DNA of 63,641 nt, counting the filler, from Octopus bimaculoides (taxonomy: Eukaryota), in NCBI RefSeq assembly GCF_001194135.2. It is 4 parts of 4 records of this genome, joined end to end, with 100 filler letters (N's around TTAATTAATTAA, not from the genome) between each part and the next. Parts side by side here need not be neighbours in the genome. Positions count along the whole stretch, not along the records: positions 1 to 31,600 come from NC_069004.1; 3 more parts are not named here. One strand, 5' to 3'. Of the stretch, positions 12,877 through 22,417 are shown in pieces. The translations under genes and the position numbers were made by a program. Position 1 is the stretch's first letter. Each line of letters starts with the position of its first letter. Under the pieces are notes generated by a model that was not told the origin of the DNA, made no database searches, and saw only the letters and a list, made by a program, of their open reading frames with translations.

Positions 12877-12912
<36 letters not shown>

Positions 12913-12922
12913 NNNNNNNNNN

Positions 12923-12978
<56 letters not shown>

Positions 12979-13045
12979 TCACTGCTTGGAATCGAACTCG
13001 GAATCTTGGAGTTAGTAGCCCGCACTCTTAACTACTACACCATAT
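12713..13045 (-). mobile_element. Composite element: tRNA-like head + (TAA)n + PLE-type terminus with hammerhead motif (copy 1)
   Basis: A box TGGTGTAGTAG, B box GAGTTCGATTCC, then (TAA)n, then GACAC-CTGATGA-A-GGCTG...CAGCC-AAAACATT-GTGTT at 12784-12829 (-). Homologs at 40287-40490 and 58585-58830. Confidence 0.8.
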
Positions 13046-13063
13046 GTAAATAATGGAAACATG

Positions 13064-13350
13064 TAATACATACAAGATTCAAGATTTAAAGGAACCGAAT
13101 TAACAAAAGAAATAAACATAAAAGAATCATACATATGTTTCAATCTGGCCATTACATTTTGATCACCACCAGAAAGTAAACATCCCTCCCTGATGAGATC
13201 TGGACACAATGTGGGGTTATTTTACATCTAACACTGCTTGAATGCTGATGATCAAAATGTAATGGCCAGATTGAAACATATGTAGGATTCTTTTATGTTT
13301 ATTTCTTTTGTTGATTTGGTTCCTTCAAATCCTGAATCTTATATGTATTA
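13064..13350. repeat. Inverted repeat with 102-nt arms (13064-13165 / 13249-13350), made of PLE-like termini
   Basis: 6 mismatches in 102; each arm carries GATC...GATT-GAAAC-ATAT-GTA. Confidence 0.85.
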
Positions 13351-13423
13351 CTTTTTTTCATTGTGATACAAATAAAATTAACCAAGTATCCATTATATTT
13401 GTTCCCCATTTTCTTTTATTAAC

Positions 13424-13460
<37 letters not shown>

Positions 13461-13674
13461 GGTAGTGAGTTCTTTTAGAAATTTCACTACCAGTGGCCTA
13501 GCATGTATAAAAATTCAATAGACTACATATTCTCAATATAAAATAGTGTACATTTAATCACAAGAGAAAACTGCCTTCAACAAGCAGTTTTTACACGCTA
13601 GAAAGAGTAGTCAAAACGACGGAAACCACATTTAAGAGCAATCTCCAAAAGGAATGAAAAATAAAAACTTTTAC

Positions 13675-13698
13675 CTTGTTATTTTATTCCGGTCAGAC
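13675..13698 (-). CDS. Candidate micro-exon or exon end at a gap edge, phase 2-2: SDRNKIT
   Basis: AAG|GTAAAA donor; a TAG lies immediately beside the N gap; only one frame is open. Confidence 0.2.
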
Positions 13699-14560
13699 CT
13701 ANNNNNNNNNNNNNNNNNNNNNNNNNNNNNNNNNNNNNNNNNNNNNNNNNNNNNNNNNNNNNNNNNNNNNNNNNNNNNNNNNNNNNNNNNNNNNNNNNNN
13801 NNNNNNNNNNNNNNNNNNNNNNNNNNNNNNNNNNNNNNNNNNNNNNNNNNNNNNNNNNNNNNNNNNNNNNNNNNNNNNNNNNNNNNNNNNNNNNNNNNNN
13901 NNNNNNNNNNNNNNNNNNNNNNNNNNNNNNNNNNNNNNNNNNNNNNNNNNNNNNNNNNNNNNNNNNNNNNNNNNNNNNNNNNNNNNNNNNNNNNNNNNNN
14001 NNNNNNNNNNNNNNNNNNNNNNNNNNNNNNNNNNNNNNNNNNNNNNNNNNNNNNNNNNNNNNNNNNNNNNNNNNNNNNNNNNNNNNNNNNNNNNNNNNNN
14101 NNNNNNNNNNNNNNNNNNNNNNNNNNNNNNNNNNNNNNNNNNNNNNNNNNNNNNNNNNNNNNNNNNNNNNNNNNNNNNNNNNNNNNNNNNNNNNNNNNNN
14201 NNNNNNNNNNNNNNNNNNNNNNNNNNNNNNNNNNNNNNNNNNNNNNNNNNNNNNNNNNNNNNNNNNNNNNNNNNNNNNNNNNNNNNNNNNNNNNNNNNNN
14301 NNNNNNNNNNNNNNNNNNNNNNNNNNNNNNNNNNNNNNNNNNNNNNNNNNNNNNNNNNNNNNNNNNNNNNNNNNNNNNNNNNNNNNNNNNNNNNNNNNNN
14401 NNNNNNNNNNNNNNNNNNNNNNNNNNNNNNNNNNNNNNNNNNNNNNNNNNNNNNNNNNNNNNNNNNNNNNNNNNNNNNNNNNNNNNNNNNNNNNNNNNNN
14501 NNNNNNNNNNNNNNNNNNNNNNNNNNNNNNNNNNNNNNNNNNNNNNNNNNNNNNNNNNNN

Positions 14561-14880
14561 GTGGTGGTAGCAGTTGTTGTAATGGTGGTGATGGTAGTAG
14601 TGGTGGTGGTGGTTGTGATTGTAGTAGTGGTGCTGGTGGTCATGGTGGTTGAGGCTGTGGTGGTAGTAGATGTGGTGTTGGTAGTGGTGGTTGTGGTAGT
14701 GGTGTTGGTAGCAGTGATGACATCAGTGGTGGTGGTAGTGTTGATGGTGATGGTGGCAGCAGTTCCTATGATGGTGATGGTAGTGGTGGTGGTGGTGGTA
14801 CCTGCAGTGGTGCATGTGTGTCTTAGTGATGACTGTTTCAAAGGTTACATTGGTGACTGTATTGGTGGTGGTGGTGGTGT
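14561..14880. repeat. Degenerate (GGT/GTA)n microsatellite
   Basis: Read directly. Confidence 0.9.
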
Positions 14881-15599
14881 CATTGTTATCTAGCCCCACG
14901 TGAGCCATGGTTCACTGTATTTGTGTGAACATGTGTATGTGTGTGTGTATGGGTGTGTGTGTGTGTGTGTCTGGTAGGTCACTGTCTTTTGACAATGAGG
15001 ATTCAGTTGTTTGATCTAAATTGAATTATCTACCCCTGAATTAACATTTAAGTGGCTGAGTACTCCACTGACATTTGCACCCTTAATGTAATTATTTGGT
15101 GGAATCAGCATGACCAAGCCTGCAATAATTCTGTTCTTTTTGAATTACAGAATCAATCTGTCCAGTGAGCTTCCGAAGAGTTTCATTCTATCAAGTCATG
15201 GGTCTTACCGAGGCTATGGAGAATGATATTTGCACAAGATGGGTCTCAAAAGAATTGAACATGGGACCTTGTAGAGGCATGTGGCTTAGTGGTTAGGGTG
15301 TTGGACTCATGGTTATAAGATTGTGGTTTCAGTTCCTGGACCAAATGATGTGTAGTGTTTTTGAGCAAGGCACTTCATTTCACATTGATCCAGTCCATTC
15401 AGCTAGCAAAAGTGAATGATCTTGCAATGGACCAGCATCTCATCTAGGTGGGGAATATATTTGCCATGGAAACCAGGAAACTGAACCTCATGAGTTGGCA
15501 TGACTCGAAAAGGGAAATTTATCTTTACCTTGTGGTTGCAAAGTTAACTTCTTAACCGTTCAGTCATAATGCATCTACTTATATATATGATTAATGAGA

Positions 15600-15830
15600 G
15601 AGACGGAAGATGGAAGATACAAGAATATTTATTGATCATTACAATTGTTTTGACCCATCTTGCATCAATCCCTCATGGTTGGGATACTTAAGAACTGGCA
15701 TAGAAGTATCCATCAGTGTAGATGTGTCTCTTCAGGTGATTACGACATGTATCTTGTTAAAATATCAACTGTTCTATAAGATATCGTCTCGGTTTCTGTA
15801 TAGAAAAGCAGAAAATTAAGGGATACAGCT
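15600..15830 (-). mobile_element. Penelope-like element terminal repeat remnant
   Basis: GAAGATGGAAGATACAAGAATATTTATTGATCATTACAATTGTTTTG is homologous to the arms at 25394-25588; decayed GAAAC-AATT-GTA half-motif on the minus strand. Confidence 0.55.
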
Positions 15831-16089
15831 TCATTTTTATAGATCAATAATAAATAATGGATGCAAAAAGAAACGAATACACAATACAGCAAAAAAGTTT
15901 TAAATATAACCGTTAACAGATATGGATGTATAAACGCCCTCACTTAGGTTGTATGGCACATGTACACTCACTAGTACAAGCATCCATGAAGATATAAGCA
16001 TGTGCATATGCATGGTTTGGTGCACATACAGGGAATGAAATAGCTACTTAGTGTTTATAAAAAGAATGGGGAGGCTAGAGTTAAATCTA

Positions 16090-16440
16090 ATTCATCCATT
16101 CCTTAAAGTAAACTATGATAATTAAGATAGTTAACGATTACTCAAATTCATTCCTACTCCATGTAAGCATCTTGAAAGTCTTTCAGAAATTCTATTAATG
16201 CTCTTCTATTAATGATCTTCTCATTGGTCCACAAAATAGATAGGGATTCCTTGGAGCAGAGTCTGTATCTTCTGGAAGCGATATCATATATGGTTGTGCA
16301 TTCCTTATTATGGACCAAGTTCAACCATATTTAATTTTATCTTCCCTAAGTATCCTCTTGTTGATTTTTCTGAAGCTGGCGACACGGTTGCAATAACAAT
16401 TCTTGAATGAATCAACCGTCACCCCAATGTAAATGTACAC
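16090..16440 (-). mobile_element. Penelope-like GIY-YIG endonuclease remnant
   Basis: VYIYIGVTVDSFKNCYCNRVASFRKINKR...KIKYG*TWSIIRNAQPY: YIG.T..SFK.RY.NH..SF pattern with stops. Confidence 0.75.
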
Positions 16441-16457
16441 TCCTCCCCTTGTGTGTA

Positions 16458-16680
16458 CTCTTTACTCTTTTACTTGTTTCAGTCATTTGACTGCGGCCAT
16501 GCTGGGGCACCACCTTTTAGTCGAGCAAATCGACCCCAGGACTTATTCTTTGTAAGCCTAGTACTTATTCTATCAGTCTCTTTTTGCCGAACTGCTAAGT
16601 TACGGGGACGTAAACACACCAGCCTCGGTTGTCAAGCGAAGTTGGGGGGACAAACACAGACACACAAACATATACACACA

Positions 16681-16767
<87 letters not shown>

Positions 16768-16925
16768 GACGGGCTTCTTTCAGTTTCCATCTACGAAATC
16801 CACTCACAAGGCTTTGGTCGGCCCGAGGCTATAGTAGAAGACACTTGCCGAAGGTGCCATGCAGTGAGACTGAACCCAGAACCATGTGGCTGGTAAGCAA
16901 GCTACTTACCACACAGCCACACCTG
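16458..16925 (-). mobile_element. SINE family A, full length
   Basis: Reverse complement of the 3247-3646 family with a long internal (TA)n. Confidence 0.9.
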
Positions 16926-16939
16926 CGCCTATATGCAAA

Positions 16940-17200
16940 GTTCATACTTATACTGAGGTTCATTCTGAGTATTTTTGATTTTCCTCTGCATCAGTATTTA
17001 TTAGATTTAGTTGTATACATGGCAGTCCTGACTTCATTTTCCAATACTGTTATCATGTTGACTATATCACTATCATTGTTACCATCATCATATGGCTGCA
17101 GCAAGTGTTTTTCATTCTGGTCTATGTCTCCTTTCTTGGTATTTTGATGTGTATGCTTGCTGTCTGGTATTTGTTGGGCTGAAAGTACTTTGCCCATCAT
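16940..17200 (-). mobile_element. Possible decayed LINE fragment (region upstream of the RT domain)
   Basis: ITVLENEVRTAMYTTKSNK resembles the I..xEV..AI..LK.NK motif; weak. Confidence 0.35.
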
Positions 17201-17351
17201 AAGTTATAATAATTCCAGTAGGTGGGTTATTCAACAGTTAGTTCATTTTACTGTTATTAAATCAGTGCATATACTGTTCTAAATTTATAGAGTTAGCATA
17301 TGATAACTTCACATGTGTGTCAATTAAAAATAGTTTTATATATAAATGTGG

Positions 17352-17728
17352 AGATGCAATGGCCCAGTGGTTAGGGCAGCGGACTCGCGGTCATAGGATC
17401 GCAGTTTCAATTCCCAGCCTGGGCGTTGTGAGTGTTTATTGAGCGAAAACATCTAAAGCTCCATGAGGCTCTGACAGGGTATGGTGGCGAACCCTGCTGT
17501 ACTCTTTCACCACAACTTTCTCTCACACTTACTTCCTGTTCCTGTTGTGCCTGTAATTCAAAGGGTCAGCTTTGTCACACTGTGTCACGCTGAATATCCC
17601 TGAGAACTACGTTAAGGGTACACGTGTCTGTGGAGTGCTCAGCCACTTGCACGTTAATTTCATGAGCTGGCTGTTCCGTTGATCGGATCAACTGGAACCC
17701 TCAACATCGTAAGTGACGGAGTGCCAAC
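17352..17728 (+). mobile_element. tRNA(Arg)-like SINE family C, full length
   Basis: GCAATGGCCCAGTGGTTAGGGCAGCGGACTCGCGGTCATAGG head; closely similar copy at 54141-54520; 3' half shared with the CORE-like family. Confidence 0.85.
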
Positions 17729-17759
<31 letters not shown>

Positions 17760-17929
17760 TATATCTTTCAAAATTCCTATTTTTGTCACATGTCCATTCG
17801 TGTAGGTTTGCAATAGTGTCTGTCTGTGAAAATGTTCTTTCAATGGCCAGAAACATGTTGAATCATGTAAAACATTACAGAAAGAAACCTTGCTGTTTCA
17901 TTGCAATACATAAATATGTCTAGTATGAA

Positions 17930-18050
17930 ATATTTTCAGGGACCTTAAAATACTACCGTGGATCCCCAATTTATTATTTTGCTTGTGTGAACCCCCAAAA
18001 TCTTATATGGGCTCCCAGGGGTCATATGGAACCCTGGCTTAGAACCACTT
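17930..18050 (-). mobile_element. hAT-type MITE end
   Basis: Reverse complement AGTGGTTCTAAGCCAGGGTTCCATATGACCCC matches the left end of the 54655 MITE. Confidence 0.6.
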
Positions 18051-18435
18051 ATCTATAAATCTTCAGTCTACACCATATTGCATGAGAGCAAATATTGATG
18101 TGCTGCAGGACAGCACAAGCCAATGGCACGTAGAGTTTCTTTGTTGTTTTGCACTATGTTAGACGTTGCACTTCATACCTACTTGCCTCTACGATGCTAC
18201 TCTGCAATAAAATCTCTTAATGAAATAATTATAGCAATACTGTAAACTCCGTTTGTTTTTATTGTTATTTTACACCATGCTGTAGTTCTCTTCTTGGAGC
18301 TGCCAATTACCAAATAACGGTGGACTTTGCTTATCTGTTGAGTAGTGTTTTGCTGTACAGCCATTAATGTTGTGTGCTTCACTTTTTATATGCCTTGATC
18401 TTAATTGATCCACTTTAATCTGTCTGCCTGGCTGT

Positions 18436-18494
<59 letters not shown>

Positions 18495-18946
18495 CACACA
18501 AACACACACAAACACTCACACACACACACACACACACACTCACACAGCGAGAGAGAGAGAGAAGAGCATGGGTGCATGGGTATGTGGAGGATACGTCTGC
18601 TTATTAATCACTGTACAGCACTTCTGTAAGTGTCTTCTACGATAAGCCGATGCCAACCAATGTTCTGTGAGAGAATTTAGTCATCAGAGATTGCAGGAAG
18701 TCTGTGGTATGTGTGTGTCTTTTTTCTTTTACCTTTTACTTGTTTCAGTCATTTGATTGTGGCCACGCTGGAGCAATGCTTTGAAGAGCTTTTAGTCGCA
18801 CAAATCGACCTCAAGACATAGTTTTTACAGCCTGGCACTTATTCTATTGGTCTCTTTTGCTGAACTGCTAGGTTACGGGAATGTAAACACATTAGTTGTG
18901 AAGTGGTGGTGGGGAACAAACACAAACACAAGGACATGCACACATA

Positions 18947-18987
<41 letters not shown>

Positions 18988-19461
18988 TACCAAATCCACT
19001 CACAAGGCTTTGGTTGAACTGAAGTTATAGGAGAAGACACTTTGCCAAGGTGCTATGTAGTGGGACTGAACCCAAGACCATGTGGTTGGGAAGCAAACTT
19101 TTTACCGCAGAGCCATACCTAGACTTATATATAAATGCCAACATATGAAACTCTTGGACCTTGAGTCACTCTGTTACTTCTGCTAAATATCAATAAAAAT
19201 ATACATTTACTCATATTTTGAGTTCTATTTTTCCTGCTTGCATCAACATGCCTATATATATATACACACACACACACACATATATACACATAAATATATA
19301 CATATATATATATATATATATACATACATACATACATGCATGCATATATATATATACATATATGTGTGTATGTATATATATATATATATATATATATACA
19401 CTTATACATATATGTATATATATATAATATATATATGTATGTATGTATATACATACAGACA

Positions 19462-19497
<36 letters not shown>

Positions 19498-20074
19498 NNN
19501 NNNNNNNNNNNNNNNNNNNNNNNNNNNNNNNNNNNNNNNNNNNNNNNNNNNNNNNNNNNNNNNNNNNNNNNNNNNNNNNNNNNNNNNNNNNNNNNNNNNN
19601 NNNNNNNNNNNNNNNNNNNNNNNNNNNNNNNNNNNNNNNNNNNNNNNNNNNNNNNNNNNNNNNNNNNNNNNNNNNNNNNNNNNNNNNNNNNNNNNNNNNN
19701 NNNNNNNNNNNNNNNNNNNNNNNNNNNNNNNNNNNNNNNNNNNNNNNNNNNNNNNNNNNNNNNNNNNNNNNNNNNNNNNNNNNNNNNNNNNNNNNNNNNN
19801 NNNNNNNNNNNNNNNNNNNNNNNNNNNNNNNNNNNNNNNNNNNNNNNNNNNNNNNNNNNNNNNNNNNNNNNNNNNNNNNNNNNNNNNNNNNNNNNNNNNN
19901 NNNNNNNNNNNNNNNNNNNNNNNNNNNNNNNNNNNNNNNNNNNNNNNNNNNNNNNNNNNNNNNNNNNNNNNNNNNNNNNNNNNNNNNNNNNNNNNNNNNN
20001 NNNNNNNNNNNNNNNNNNNNNNNNNNTACATACATACATCCATATATGTATATATACACACATACACATATACT

Positions 20075-20230
20075 TCAAATTTACAGAAAACAAAAGACAA
20101 AGATAGGTGTAGGAACAACAAGCAGGTGTATTAGTTTAGCACTTGGGAAAAATGGAAAAGTCTTTTATGTTTCGAGCTTACGTACTTCGACAAAAAGAAT
20201 TAAGTAGAAAGAAATGGAGAAAGAATGAAA
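20075..20230 (-). mobile_element. PLE-type terminus with decayed variant hammerhead
   Basis: Homologous to 49810-49985; TTGTCGA-A-GTAC-GTAA-GCTC-GAAAC-ATA-AAAG at 20162-20197 (-). Confidence 0.65.
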
Positions 20231-20598
20231 AAAACAGAGAGAAAAAAATGTGCTGAATTCAATGGTTCAACATGGCAAGATGACTGGAAAATGGAGCTGA
20301 ATGAAAGGGAGACGATGATAGTAATAATGATAACGGTGATCCCAACGAACTAAGGTGCACAAGCAGGTGTGTATGTGAAAATGATGTGTGGGATGTGTGT
20401 ATGTGTGAATGACGGCAAGTGAGTACATATGCGTGGGTGAGTGTGTGTGTGTGCATATGGACATGTGTATATGTGAGTATGTGTATGGATGTGTGAATAT
20501 GTGTGGGACTAATGTGTGTGTGCATGCTGTGTGTAGTAGATGATGTATGCTTGTTCAGATATGTTTATATCAACTTACCTGTATACATACACACACAT

Positions 20599-20653
<55 letters not shown>

Positions 20654-20660
20654 GACTAAC

Positions 20661-20696
20661 AATTGGTAGTGTCCCATTACCATTGGAACGGAAAAC
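20661..20696 (-). CDS. Candidate exon, 36 nt, phase 2-2: FSVPMVMGHYQ
   Basis: Very strong polypyrimidine tract plus TTTCAG acceptor; donor ATT|GTTAGT (alternative ATG|GTAATG). Confidence 0.4.
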
Positions 20697-20780
20697 CTGA
20701 AAGCCACTTGAAGAGAAAAGGAAGAAATAAAAACAACAGGAGAGAAAGGCTTGACAAAATCAACCTGATCCTCAACAAAC

Positions 20781-20849
20781 CTTGCCATGCAGCTGGTACC
20801 ATTAGCTCTTCCATGCAAGAACAGGTTTACTTTATCATTATTGCCATCA
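20781..20849 (-). CDS. Candidate exon, 69 nt, phase 2-2: DGNNDKVNLFLHGRANGTSCMA
   Basis: CCTTTACAG acceptor, AAG|GTTTGT donor, single open frame, 84-nt intron to the next candidate exon. Confidence 0.4.
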
Positions 20850-21665
20850 CTGTAAAGGAATAGGGTTCACCAAAGAAGAAATCATATTCTCAGATATGAG
20901 ATAAACACAAGGACGATGATATATGTATATATATGTATATATATGTAAAAAAAAAAAATATATAGGTTTGGACATTTTTGTTAGAATTATAACGATACGA
21001 ACTAATGCACCAGTCCTCCATTCCAAACACAACTAATGCTTATGTACCTACGAACACGTCTGTATGGAAATGTTTATGTATGCATATGTGTATGTATGTA
21101 TGTATGTATGTATGTGTGGGTGTGTATGTATATATGTGTGGGTGTGTATGTATATATGTGTGTCCTCCTCATGTATAATAATAATAATTGATTCATTTGT
21201 GTGCATTTATGGACATTTGTGTATGTACATTTAAATATAAATATATGTATTTATGTTTATTTATGTATATCTATGTATATGTTAAAGTATGCATATATAT
21301 GTGGGTTTTTACAGTTTTTATATTTCTATATTCTTAACTTCACCTTATGAATTTTATAAAATCTCTGAAGTGGCCTAGTGAATTATTCATGTACCTCTAT
21401 TTCATCTATTAATTACTTCAGTCTACTGGAGTGTTAAAGATCGAATGAGGCATGTCAACTCTAGACTAAAACAGCTGTAAGATTATCTCCTGTTCTGTCA
21501 CTATATGTCCTCTTTTAATTACTGATATGACATATGTCGCATGTGTTTGTAAATTGTTATTATTGTCCTTTTAGTAAACAAAATAAACAAGTAAATTAAA
21601 TTGACACGTTTCAATGTCTGCAAGTTGATGAATACCACCTATTCATCCCCTCCATTTTCTTATTG

Positions 21666-21702
<37 letters not shown>

Positions 21703-22026
21703 NNNNNNNNNNNNNNNNNNNNNNNNNNNNNNNNNNNNNNNNNNNNNNNNNNNNNNNNNNNNNNNNNNNNNNNNNNNNNNNNNNNNNNNNNNNNNNNNNN
21801 NNNNNNNNNNNNNNNNNNNNNNNNNNNNNNNNNNNNNNNNNNNNNNNNNNNNNNNNNNNNNNNNNNNNNNNNNNNNNNNNNNNNNNNNNNNNNNNNNNNN
21901 NNNNNNNNNNNNNNNNNNNNNNNNNNNNNNNNNNNNNNNNNNNNNNNNNNNNNNNNNNNNNNNNNNNNNNNNNTATATATATATATATATTAAGGAAAAG
22001 GAGGCAGTCAGAGTTTTGAATAATTC

Positions 22027-22070
22027 TTTATTAGTACTTTCGTTCAGTTAACCAAACTCTTCAGAATAAA
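22027..22070 (-). ncRNA. Minimal type I hammerhead ribozyme motif in a PLE-type end
   Basis: TTTAT-T-CTGAAGA-GTTT ggttaact GAAC-GAAA-GTAC-TA-ATAAA: intact core, stem II, palindromic AGTACT, CUA triplet; one extra U next to stem I. Confidence 0.6.
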
Positions 22071-22336
22071 ACCAAGATAATAAAACAGAAAGTTTCTTTG
22101 TCTTTTATGTAAATCAAAGAGCGAATATTGTTTTGTATTGTTTAGAAAAGAAGAATTTTGAAATTTTGTTTTTTGGGGAAAGGAAGAATGGCAGAAATAA
22201 TGCAGTTATTGAATATTCCAGTTTAGCCGTATCCAAGCATATCATTTCGAAATCAATCACCATTAGAATGTACATTTTCATTGGGCTTTGGCCTCTTCAA
22301 ATTTATGTCATACTTTATAATTGTGACTATACTTAC

Positions 22337-22417
22337 GTACAAATCTCTTTTCTCATTCCTCAAAATGTAATGTGTATATCCACAGGCATGTTAATACATA
22401 TCCTTCTTTCTCCTCTT
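22337..22417 (-). other. Exon-like 81-nt segment with strong splice sites and a stop in every frame
   Basis: TTCTATTTGTTCAG acceptor, TAC|GTAAGT donor; the phase-2 frame has a single TGA at 22360-22362. Confidence 0.35.

Noticed and set aside
12970-13045. Functional tRNA gene
   Set aside because: A/B boxes and an anticodon-like loop are present, but there is no complete acceptor stem and the sequence continues into a repeat body. All tRNA-like sequences here are SINE heads.
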